This document shows, piece by piece, positions 28,555-36,363 of a DNA stretch of 64,000 nt. Position 1 is the stretch's first letter. Every line of letters starts with the position of its first letter. The position numbers were made by a program, and so were the translations under genes. Under the pieces are notes generated by a model. The model made no database searches. It had not been told where the DNA came from and saw only the letters and a program-made list of their open reading frames with translations. This stretch comes from Desulfobacterales bacterium. Lineage in GTDB: Bacteria; Desulfobacterota; Desulfobacteria; Desulfobacterales; Desulfosalsimonadaceae. Location: contig JBKHES010000001.1 of the NCBI GenBank assembly GCA_046540695.1, forward strand, positions 25,483-89,482, given 5' to 3'.

Positions 28555-29268
28555 ATGGATGCCGGGCTCAACTCGGAAAGCATGCCCTCTGAAAGGAATC
28601 GCCAGAACATGTCTGATAACAAAGAACGAAAACTCGCTTACGGTATTGTACTGGCCTGCCTGGTTGTGGGGATTGTCTCCTACAGCCTGGTGAAGACCGG
28701 GGCGCCAGAAGATACCCAGGATCCCGAAGAACCGGTACGCGTTTTCTACGAGACCACCGGCGAAAACGTCCTTTTCGACCACATGACCCACAGTGAAAGC
28801 TACGGTCTTGAGTGCACAGACTGCCATCACAAGGTGGCATGGGAAAGCGAAGAGGACGTGGACATGGAGATTTCGTGCGGCAGCTGCCACACATCCGAAA
28901 GCAGCCATGAGCCCGCCCTCGGCGAAGACGGGCTGTTTGACCATGATGCTCATGTAGACGGGTACGGGCTGTCATGCACAGATTGTCATCATATGTATGA
29001 TGAAGACAGCGATGACGAGCCCCAGAACTGCAACGCATGTCACGGTGAAACCGGAGACGACGATATGCCGGGCCTTACGGACTCTTACCATCAGCAGTGC
29101 ATAGAGTGCCACGTTGATTTCGGAAGCGGCCCGACAACCGAGAACTGCAGTGACTGTCACGGGGAACGCAACAGGACTGATGCGTTTCATGACCAGTGCA
29201 TCGGTTGCCATGAAGATATGGGAACAGGACCCGCGGAAGATGATTGCGCCAGCTGCCACGGATTTTGA
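28555..29268 (+). CDS. Membrane-anchored octahaem cytochrome c (cytochrome c3 / class III-like)
   Basis: Eight CxxCH motifs: CTDCH, CGSCH, CTDCH, CNACH, CIECH, CSDCH, CIGCH, CASCH. There is an N-terminal hydrophobic anchor (LAYGIVLACLVVGIVSYSLV). Alternative start at ATG 28609 (MSDNKERK..). Confidence 0.9.
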   Translation: MDAGLNSESMPSERNRQNMSDNKERKLAYGIVLACLVVGIVSYSLVKTGAPEDTQDPEEPVRVFYETTGENVLFDHMTHSESYGLECTDCHHKVAWESEEDVDMEISCGSCHTSESSHEPALGEDGLFDHDAHVDGYGLSCTDCHHMYDEDSDDEPQNCNACHGETGDDDMPGLTDSYHQQCIECHVDFGSGPTTENCSDCHGERNRTDAFHDQCIGCHEDMGTGPAEDDCASCHGF

Positions 29269-29327
29269 TCTTTCGCGCGGCCGGGGTTTAACATCCATAA
29301 AATTCAAGCCCAAGCAAAGGGAGATCC

Positions 29328-30602
29328 ATGATTAAGAGGTCTTTTTTCGGAATCGCTGCACCAAGGCTAACCTACGATTTAATAGAGGATGTAAGGTCAG
29401 AGCCGGTTTCTGTTGAGCCGAAACAGCGGGTTACACTGTTTATAGATGCAGCTTTCAAAAACGCGGGCGACGCCCTTATCAAGAAGGGCGATTCGGTGGC
29501 TGCCGGACAGCGCCTGCAGCTTTTCGAAGACGAGCCGGCAGGGTACACCGTATCCCCTGTTTCCGGGAAAATCTCCGAGGTTTCGCCTTTCATAGGAATG
29601 ATGGAAAAACAAAGGACCGCCGTCGTCATAGACATCGAAGAGCAGGGCGGGGAAGCAGTAAACGACGGGTTCAGGGAGATATCGAAGAGTCCGGATCTCG
29701 AAGGGGCGGCACGTTTTCTTGATGCACTTCCCGGCAAACCGGATCTGGCCAGGTTTATCGATCCCGGCAGGCCTGTAAAAACAATAGTTATTCTCGGCGC
29801 TGACCGGGATCTGATGAGCGTTTCCAGTCAATATGTAATCAAGACCGGCGTTTCATCAATCAAGTCCGGCATTGACATACTTCGTAAACTAACCGGCGTG
29901 CAGAACGTTGTGCTCACGGTCGCCCAGAATCAGGTCCAGGCAGCAGGTTCCGCTGCTGCAGGCGTTAGATCTGTCGGCAACGTTTATCCATCGGCCCATC
30001 CGGAGATGATACTGAGGCATCAGCTTTATGAGCAGACAGAACAGGGCGGGATAGCCCTTCTTACTGCGGAAGCTGTTTCTGCAATAGGCGAGGCATTCAA
30101 CAGCGGTACCATCCCCCTTGAAAAAGTTATCACCGTTGTGAAAAAAGACGGCACCCGCCGGCTTGTAACCGCGCCCATGGGAACCCCGGTCTCAGATATC
30201 CTTGATGCGGTCGGAGAGAAGGTTCAGGCAGGTGATCGTCTTATTGCAGGCGGGCCAATGACAGGGGCCGCGCTGTATTCAGTGGAACAGCCTGTGGAGC
30301 AGGATACTGATACAGTGATTGTTCAGGGAAAAGATATTATAGTGGAGGGAACCGATACCCCCTGCACCAATTGCGGGGAATGCGTTCGGATCTGCCCGGT
30401 CAATATCCCGGTAAACGAATTGGTTAGATACATGGATGCCGGGGAATACGAACAGGCCGCAGAGAACGCCTCTTTGTTTTCCTGTATAGAATGCGGGCTG
30501 TGCGCGTATGTGTGCGAGTCCCGGATACCGATCTTTCAGTTTATCAGGCTGGCCAAACATGCTGTAAATCGCATGAACGCAGCGGAGGAAGCAAATGCCT
30601 AA
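29328..30602 (+). CDS. rnfC: Rnf complex subunit C-like (2x[4Fe-4S] retained; NuoF-like FMN/NADH motifs apparently absent)
   Basis: 424 aa with an NqrA/RnfC-type N-terminal barrel (IKKGDSVAAGQRL..VSPVSGKISEV), AGGPMTG, and CTNCGECVRICP plus CIECGLCAYVCE. No GGAGFP or ECEPY motifs (see findings). Confidence 0.85.
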   Translation: MIKRSFFGIAAPRLTYDLIEDVRSEPVSVEPKQRVTLFIDAAFKNAGDALIKKGDSVAAGQRLQLFEDEPAGYTVSPVSGKISEVSPFIGMMEKQRTAVVIDIEEQGGEAVNDGFREISKSPDLEGAARFLDALPGKPDLARFIDPGRPVKTIVILGADRDLMSVSSQYVIKTGVSSIKSGIDILRKLTGVQNVVLTVAQNQVQAAGSAAAGVRSVGNVYPSAHPEMILRHQLYEQTEQGGIALLTAEAVSAIGEAFNSGTIPLEKVITVVKKDGTRRLVTAPMGTPVSDILDAVGEKVQAGDRLIAGGPMTGAALYSVEQPVEQDTDTVIVQGKDIIVEGTDTPCTNCGECVRICPVNIPVNELVRYMDAGEYEQAAENASLFSCIECGLCAYVCESRIPIFQFIRLAKHAVNRMNAAEEANA

Positions 30603-31563
30603 TCGGATGAAGCTCACAGTATCACACGCCCCGTTCTGGCATGACGGGAGCAGTGTAAACACAAAGTACTACAACATAATTGCGGCCACCATGATTGCGG
30701 TTATAGCCGGCCTGCTGCAGTTCGGAGTTCCTGCTCTTGCGGTGATTGCCCTTTCGGTAGGCTCGGCCATGGCCTGGGAACTTGCCATGAACCTTGCCAT
30801 GCGCCGGCCGGTAACCATCGGAGACGGCAACGCTGCATTGATCGGCCTTCTGTTTGCGATGCTGATGCCCGCGGTTGTGCCCTGGTGGGTGGTTGTAACA
30901 GGAACTTTGATTGCCGTTGTGATAGGCAAACAGATTTACGGCGGAATAGGCGGCAACCCTTTTAATCCGGTGGTGGTAGCATATGCAATTCTTCTGATTT
31001 CCTGGCCGGTTTACCTTAATTTCAACGCAGCCCTTGTGGACTACAACTTTGATTTTAATGCCGCATACCCGCTTATGCTCTACAAGTCAATGGGCCCTGA
31101 TGCCCTGGAATCCTTCAGCACTGCGGGTCTGCTTCTGGGCAGGCAGGCAGGCGGCATAGGCACGACATTCGGGCTTGGGCTGATCATAGGCGGAATATAT
31201 TTGATTGCCAGGGGATTTATTCGCTGGGAAATTCCTGCTGCCTTTCTGGTAAGCATGTTTGTCACCGCCCTGTGCTTCAGTATTTATGATCCTGAGGTTT
31301 ACGCAGGCCCGGGGTTTCATATACTTACGGGATATACCCTCATAGGAGCCTTTTTTCTTGCCCCGGAGGATTCCTCTTCGCCGGTTAATTTTGTGCCAAT
31401 GCTCATATACGGGGCTCTTGGCGGGTTTTTAACCGTTCTTATAAGAAATATCGGCGCTCATGTGGACGGGGTTATATACGCTATCCTGATCATGAATCTG
31501 GTTCATCCGATCATACAAAAAATCAGACCCAAAGCGATGGGAAGGATTATGCATCATGCGTGA
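30595..31563 (+). CDS. rnfD: Rnf complex subunit D (polytopic membrane subunit)
   Basis: 322 aa. PWWVVVTGTLIAVVIGKQIYGGIGGNPFNPVVVAYAILLISWP is the RnfD/NqrB signature block. Confidence 0.92.
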   Translation: MPNRMKLTVSHAPFWHDGSSVNTKYYNIIAATMIAVIAGLLQFGVPALAVIALSVGSAMAWELAMNLAMRRPVTIGDGNAALIGLLFAMLMPAVVPWWVVVTGTLIAVVIGKQIYGGIGGNPFNPVVVAYAILLISWPVYLNFNAALVDYNFDFNAAYPLMLYKSMGPDALESFSTAGLLLGRQAGGIGTTFGLGLIIGGIYLIARGFIRWEIPAAFLVSMFVTALCFSIYDPEVYAGPGFHILTGYTLIGAFFLAPEDSSSPVNFVPMLIYGALGGFLTVLIRNIGAHVDGVIYAILIMNLVHPIIQKIRPKAMGRIMHHA

Positions 31564-32149
31564 AATCGTTAAAATGGTCATCGTCCTGACGGTGCTGAGC
31601 AGCCTGTCCGGCGGATTGCTTGCGGCCCTGAACAATAAGACCGAGGACCGTATTGATAACCAGGTATTAAAATTCGTCCAGGGACCGGCCGTTGAAAAGA
31701 TCATGGAGGGTGCTGAAAATGACCCGGTTAAAGACAGGTTCTCGCTTAGTATTGATGATGAGGATACGGACTTTTTCGTAGGAATATTTGACGGCGAGCC
31801 CAGGACGGTTGCACTTGAAACCTCTGCCTCGGGCTATGGCGGAGACGTGGGAGTGATTGTTGCAATAGACGTTGAAAAAGGTGAGATTTTCGGCGTGGAG
31901 GTTACAACGCATAATGAGACGCCGGGTATCGGTGCAACCGTAGAAACCAACGAGGACTTCAAAGGGGAGTTCGAGGGAATGGAACTTGACGGGGATTTCG
32001 CGGTAAAGGACGACGACGGCGACATAACGGCCATTGCCGGAGCGACTGTAACGTCCCGCGCTGTCTGCAAGGCCGTGCGCAGGGCTGCCGACATTTACCA
32101 GGAGAAGAGATCGCAAATCAATGACCAGGTGAAAACCTTTACCGGCTAG
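31556..32149 (+). CDS. rnfG: Rnf complex subunit G (FMN-binding)
   Basis: 197 aa with an N-terminal TM helix, ETPGIG, and the flavinylation motif ITAIAGATVTSRAV. Confidence 0.92.
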   Translation: MREIVKMVIVLTVLSSLSGGLLAALNNKTEDRIDNQVLKFVQGPAVEKIMEGAENDPVKDRFSLSIDDEDTDFFVGIFDGEPRTVALETSASGYGGDVGVIVAIDVEKGEIFGVEVTTHNETPGIGATVETNEDFKGEFEGMELDGDFAVKDDDGDITAIAGATVTSRAVCKAVRRAADIYQEKRSQINDQVKTFTG

Positions 32150-32162
32150 GAGTGAATCCATT

Positions 32163-32756
32163 ATGGCAAAAACCATCGGGCAGGAATTTGTAAAAGGCTT
32201 ATGGGAAGAGATCCCTCCATTTCGACTGGTGCTCGGGCTTTGCCCGACGCTTGCAGTGACAAAGTCGGTTGAAAACGGTATAGGGATGGGGCTTGCAACC
32301 ACATTCGTGCTGGTATGCGCCAATCTTCTGGTTTCAATATTAAGCGGCGTCATTCCTTCAAAGATCAGGATCGCATGTTTTATCATTATTATAGCCACCT
32401 TTGTGACAGTGGTTGAGCTGATGATGCAGGCCTACACCTACCAGTTGTTCCAGGAGCTGGGGATATTTATCCCCTTGATCGTGGTAAACTGTATCGTGCT
32501 TGGAAGATCCGAGGCATTTGCTTCCAAAAACCCCATTGTGCCTTCTGTTGCAGACGGTCTTGGCATAGGCATCGGGTTTACCCTTTCGCTGACAGCAATC
32601 AGCGCTGTACGCGAAAGCCTCGGAAGCGGCACTCTTATGGGTGCCGAGGTGTTCGGTTCTTCCTATGAGCCCTTATCATTCATGGTGGAGGCGCCTGGTG
32701 CTTTCATCTGCCTCGGGCTGCTTTTGTGCCTGATGAATATTGTCAGTAAAAAATAA
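32163..32756 (+). CDS. rnfE: Rnf complex subunit E
   Basis: 197 aa. LGLCPTLAV and VVNCIVLGR blocks (conserved Cys pair). Confidence 0.93.
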   Translation: MAKTIGQEFVKGLWEEIPPFRLVLGLCPTLAVTKSVENGIGMGLATTFVLVCANLLVSILSGVIPSKIRIACFIIIIATFVTVVELMMQAYTYQLFQELGIFIPLIVVNCIVLGRSEAFASKNPIVPSVADGLGIGIGFTLSLTAISAVRESLGSGTLMGAEVFGSSYEPLSFMVEAPGAFICLGLLLCLMNIVSKK

Positions 32757-32858
32757 ACGTCCGCCCTTCCGCAATACAAATGTCAACGGGGGACTTGAAA
32801 ACTATATGCTGCCCGGCCTGAAGGCGGCCGGTTAACTAGGAGGCACGGGAGAAATATT

Positions 32859-33434
32859 ATGGGCGACTATCTGGTCCTGATAATCAGCAGCATGCTGATC
32901 AATAACATCGTTCTGGCGCAGTACCTGGGAATATGCCCGTTTATCGGCACTTCCAAGAAAATGGAAACCGCAACAGGCATGGCCGGAGCTGTTGTATTTG
33001 TCATGACCCTGGCTGCTATCATAACGTGGTGCATAGACACGTATCTTTTGAAAACCCTGGGTATTGAATATCTGCGGACCATTGCGTTTATTCTCGTTAT
33101 TGCCTCTCTGGTGCAGTTCGTGGAAATGTTTCTCAAGAAAAGCATTCCCGCCCTTTATGCCGGGCTCGGAATATTCCTCCCCCTTATTACCACAAACTGC
33201 GCGGTCATGGGTGTCTGCCTGATAAATATTCAGGAGGAATATATTTTCATTGAGGCTCTGGTTTCCTCGATTGCCTATGCTCTTGGTTTCGGGATCGCCC
33301 TGATTCTTTTCGCAGGTGTACGCGAGCGTGTGGTGCTCGGCAGGGTGCCCAAACCTCTGCAGGACACTTCAATCGCTCTTGTTACCGCCGGCATGCTGGC
33401 GCTTGCGTTTATCGGTTTCAGGGGGCTTGTTTAG
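32859..33434 (+). CDS. rnfA: Rnf complex subunit A
   Basis: 191 aa. LGICPFIG and TTNCAVMGV blocks. GGAGG RBS. Confidence 0.93.
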   Translation: MGDYLVLIISSMLINNIVLAQYLGICPFIGTSKKMETATGMAGAVVFVMTLAAIITWCIDTYLLKTLGIEYLRTIAFILVIASLVQFVEMFLKKSIPALYAGLGIFLPLITTNCAVMGVCLINIQEEYIFIEALVSSIAYALGFGIALILFAGVRERVVLGRVPKPLQDTSIALVTAGMLALAFIGFRGLV

Positions 33435-33502
33435 AGTCAATAAGTGATTATAATACGTTTTCAGTTGGATAAAATCTGATATATCAATAAAAGAGGCATA
33501 AG

Positions 33503-35584
33503 GTGATAGAAGCAATACTGTTTACCCTTGGGCTGGGAGGCACATGCGGAGTAGCACTAAGTGTGGCTTCCAGGATATTCTACGTTTATGAGGACCCGCG
33601 GATTGCCAGGGTGGAAGATCTGCTGGCGGGGGCCAACTGCGGCGGATGCGGCTATACCGGGTGCTCTGCAGCAGCCGAGGCTATTGTCAACGGTGAAGCT
33701 GCTCCCAACGCTTGCATACTGATCGGTCCTGATAATGTAGCTGAGATCGCTGCGATAATGGGCTCGGAAGCCGGAACCGCAGAACCCTACAAATCCTACA
33801 ACAACTGCCAGGGCGGTGACCGTGCCACTGACAGGTTTTTTTATCAGGGATTGAACCGGTGCAGTGCAGTCAGTTCCCTTTACGGCGGCAAGAGAGACTG
33901 CAGCATCGGGTGCCTCGGATTTGGTGACTGTGTGCGTGCATGCAAGTTCGACGCCCTGGAAATCGGTCCCAACGGATACCCTATTGTTGACAAGGATAAA
34001 TGCGTCGGCTGCGGGGCATGCGAGATAGTCTGCCCCAAGTCAATTATCGAGGTAAAGACCATGTCCCAGCGTCTTTTGCATCTCAATACCGAAGAAGACG
34101 CCCTTTCGCCCTGTCAGCAGACATGTCCCGCGGAAATCGATATCCCCCGTTATATAGACCACATAAGGCAGGGCGAATATGAGTCCGCCGTTGATACCAT
34201 AAGAGAGCGCAATCCGCTGCTGCTTGCCTGCGGCAGGGTGTGTCCCCATCCCTGCGAGGAATACTGCAGAAGAGCCATAGAAGACGAAGAGTCGGTTTCC
34301 ATTAACCAGCTAAAGCGTTTTGTGGCTGACATGGAGATGACTTCTGGCAAGAGACTGCCCATTTCCCGGGCTCCTGATACAGGAAAAAAGGTGGCAGTAA
34401 TCGGCGGCGGTCCTGCCGGGCTGAGCTGTGCCTACTTTCTCCGGCGTGTCGGGCACAGTGTAAACATATTTGAGGCCATGCCTAAGCTGGGAGGCATGCT
34501 CAGATACGGAATTCCTGAATACAGGCTTCCCAAGGCAGTACTTGATTGGGAAATTCAGGGAATACTGAATCTGGGGATTGAGCATCACAGCAACGTAAAG
34601 ATGGGCGTGGACTTTGACCTTGGCTCTCTGATCGGAGCAGGATTTGATGCAATATTTATGGGCGTAGGATCCTGGAAGGACTATAAGCTCAATATTCCCG
34701 GCGAGGATTTAGAAGGCTGTTATACAGGAATTGATTTTCTTTCCCGTATCGGCAACCAGCAGCCCGTTGAGGTAGGCAAGCGTGCCGCAGTTATAGGGGG
34801 CGGCAATACGGCCATTGACTGTGCAAGAACCCTGGTGCGTTTAGGGCTTGAAAAGGTCTACATTGTATATCGCCGCACCCGCAAGGAAATGCCCGCCAAT
34901 GAAGTTGAAATCGTGGCAGCCGGGCACGAGGGAATTGAATCCGTTTTTCTTGCGGCTCCCAACAAGGTGCTCGGAGATGACCAGGACAGGGTGAAAGGTC
35001 TTGAATATTTAAAGATGGAACTGGGCGAACCTGATGCCAGCGGACGCAGGAGGCCTGTGCCGGTGGAGGGATCTGAAACTGTGCTCGATGTTGATACGAT
35101 AATCACTGCCATCGGGCAGTCCACTGATACCACCTTCCGTACTCCCGGAACCCGGATGGACGAGCTAAATATTACCCGGTGGGGCACAATTGACGTTGAT
35201 CCGGGAACATGCCGCTCCAATGTTCCCTATATATTTGCAGCAGGAGACGGGGCAACAGGGCCCGCTCTTGTAGTGGACGCCATCGGAGGCGGCAGGCGGG
35301 CAGCCAGGGCGATAGACATGTTTCTCAAGGGCAGGGAGGTCAAGCCCGAGCCCGGGGCACTCTTGTCCCAGAGGCATATTCCGGAGTCATTGTTTGAGAG
35401 GGTCCCGGGAATTAAGAAGAGCAAAAGAGCCGAGATGCCTGAGATGCCGGTCCGCGAAAGGTGCTCTAATTTCCTTGAGGTTGACCAGGTTCTGCCGGAA
35501 CCCGAAGCAATCAGCGAAGCCGTTCGCTGCCTGAATTGCTGCAGATTATGTTATGATCCTGACAGTGATCAAAATGCTGCATAA
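33503..35584 (+). CDS. rnfB: RnfB fused to a GltD/NfnB/SudA-like NAD(P)H-dependent FAD/Fe-S oxidoreductase
   Basis: 693 aa, GTG start. Residues 1-~190 are RnfB: a TM helix, NCGGCGYTGC, and CLGFGDCVRAC plus CVGCGACEIVCP. Residues ~200-693 carry CQQTCPAEIDIP, GRVCPHPCEEYC, KKVAVIGGGPAGL (FAD), AAVIGGGNTAIDCA with VYIVYRR (NAD(P)H), FAAGDG and a terminal CLNCCRLC. Confidence 0.88.
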   Translation: MIEAILFTLGLGGTCGVALSVASRIFYVYEDPRIARVEDLLAGANCGGCGYTGCSAAAEAIVNGEAAPNACILIGPDNVAEIAAIMGSEAGTAEPYKSYNNCQGGDRATDRFFYQGLNRCSAVSSLYGGKRDCSIGCLGFGDCVRACKFDALEIGPNGYPIVDKDKCVGCGACEIVCPKSIIEVKTMSQRLLHLNTEEDALSPCQQTCPAEIDIPRYIDHIRQGEYESAVDTIRERNPLLLACGRVCPHPCEEYCRRAIEDEESVSINQLKRFVADMEMTSGKRLPISRAPDTGKKVAVIGGGPAGLSCAYFLRRVGHSVNIFEAMPKLGGMLRYGIPEYRLPKAVLDWEIQGILNLGIEHHSNVKMGVDFDLGSLIGAGFDAIFMGVGSWKDYKLNIPGEDLEGCYTGIDFLSRIGNQQPVEVGKRAAVIGGGNTAIDCARTLVRLGLEKVYIVYRRTRKEMPANEVEIVAAGHEGIESVFLAAPNKVLGDDQDRVKGLEYLKMELGEPDASGRRRPVPVEGSETVLDVDTIITAIGQSTDTTFRTPGTRMDELNITRWGTIDVDPGTCRSNVPYIFAAGDGATGPALVVDAIGGGRRAARAIDMFLKGREVKPEPGALLSQRHIPESLFERVPGIKKSKRAEMPEMPVRERCSNFLEVDQVLPEPEAISEAVRCLNCCRLCYDPDSDQNAA

Positions 35585-35612
35585 CTAAATCATACCCTCC
35601 CCCCCTGTAATA

Positions 35613-35649
35613 CGAAAGTCGCGGGCGATTAATTCGCCTGCGGCTTTCG
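35613..35649 (+). terminator. Stem-loop after rnfB (possible terminator)
   Basis: CGAAAGTCGCGGGCGA-ttaat-TCGCCTGCGGCTTTCG, a ~16-bp stem including G-T pairs, 29 nt after the stop. The downstream T-run is weak (cgttt). Confidence 0.4.
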
Positions 35650-35763
35650 CGTTTGAGGCCGGCTTCTGCTGATTCTTTACAAAATTTCCGTATGCTGGTA
35701 TTTATAAATAAGAAAGAGAATGCTGGTCTTGCCCTGGTTCAAATGAGTGCACGGAGGTGAAAT

Positions 35764-36363
35764 ATGGCTGTGAGCCCTGATCAGAAGAGAAAGCAGATCG
35801 AAAACGAGCTTATTTCACTGAGGCGCCAGGCTGATGAAATGGATGCAAGGATCCGGGCATATCTTTCAGACCGTAAAAACAAGCCTCATCCGCGTCACCA
35901 GGAGCTTATAGAAAAAGTCCAGAGATACAGGATCAATCCCTCGGTTTCAACAAAACGTCTTGAGACCATGCTCGATAATCTTCAGTGGAAGATATATTAT
36001 TACAGCCGTGCCTGGCGTCAGCTCTGGGACAACGCGGATGCAGCAAGAAGGCGGGAGGAAATCAGAGAAAAAACTTCACCTGACCAGCCCGGCGGCTCTG
36101 TTGAATCCGGCCGATCATCACGGGACCACGACAGGATCTATTCAGTGGACAGGCTCTGGGAGATCCAGAAGCAAAAGCTTTCAGCGCTGGGTGACGACCC
36201 GGCCCCTGAAAGCAGGGAAGGCTTTATAAAGCGGATACGGGAGAGATATGGAAAGCTGGCCTCTGAGAAAAAACAGGATGAAGAAATAGTCATGAGGTTT
36301 GACAAAAAGAGCCGCCGGTGCACCCTGTCGCTTAAAAAACGGGATCGTGTCCCGGAGCAGTAG
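35764..36363 (+). CDS. Hypothetical highly charged protein (no family recognised)
   Basis: 199-aa ORF with a strong RBS (GGAGGTG 5 nt upstream). It is Lys/Arg/Glu-rich with a predicted coiled character. Its last 32 nt overlap the convergent rluD 3' end. Confidence 0.55.
   Translation: MAVSPDQKRKQIENELISLRRQADEMDARIRAYLSDRKNKPHPRHQELIEKVQRYRINPSVSTKRLETMLDNLQWKIYYYSRAWRQLWDNADAARRREEIREKTSPDQPGGSVESGRSSRDHDRIYSVDRLWEIQKQKLSALGDDPAPESREGFIKRIRERYGKLASEKKQDEEIVMRFDKKSRRCTLSLKKRDRVPEQ

Noticed and set aside
32806-32830. Small hairpin (CCGGCC-N7-GGCCGG) in the 102-nt rnfE-rnfA spacer.
   Set aside because: The stem is only 6 bp, there is no T-run, and it sits inside an operon. That is too weak to call a terminator or regulatory element.
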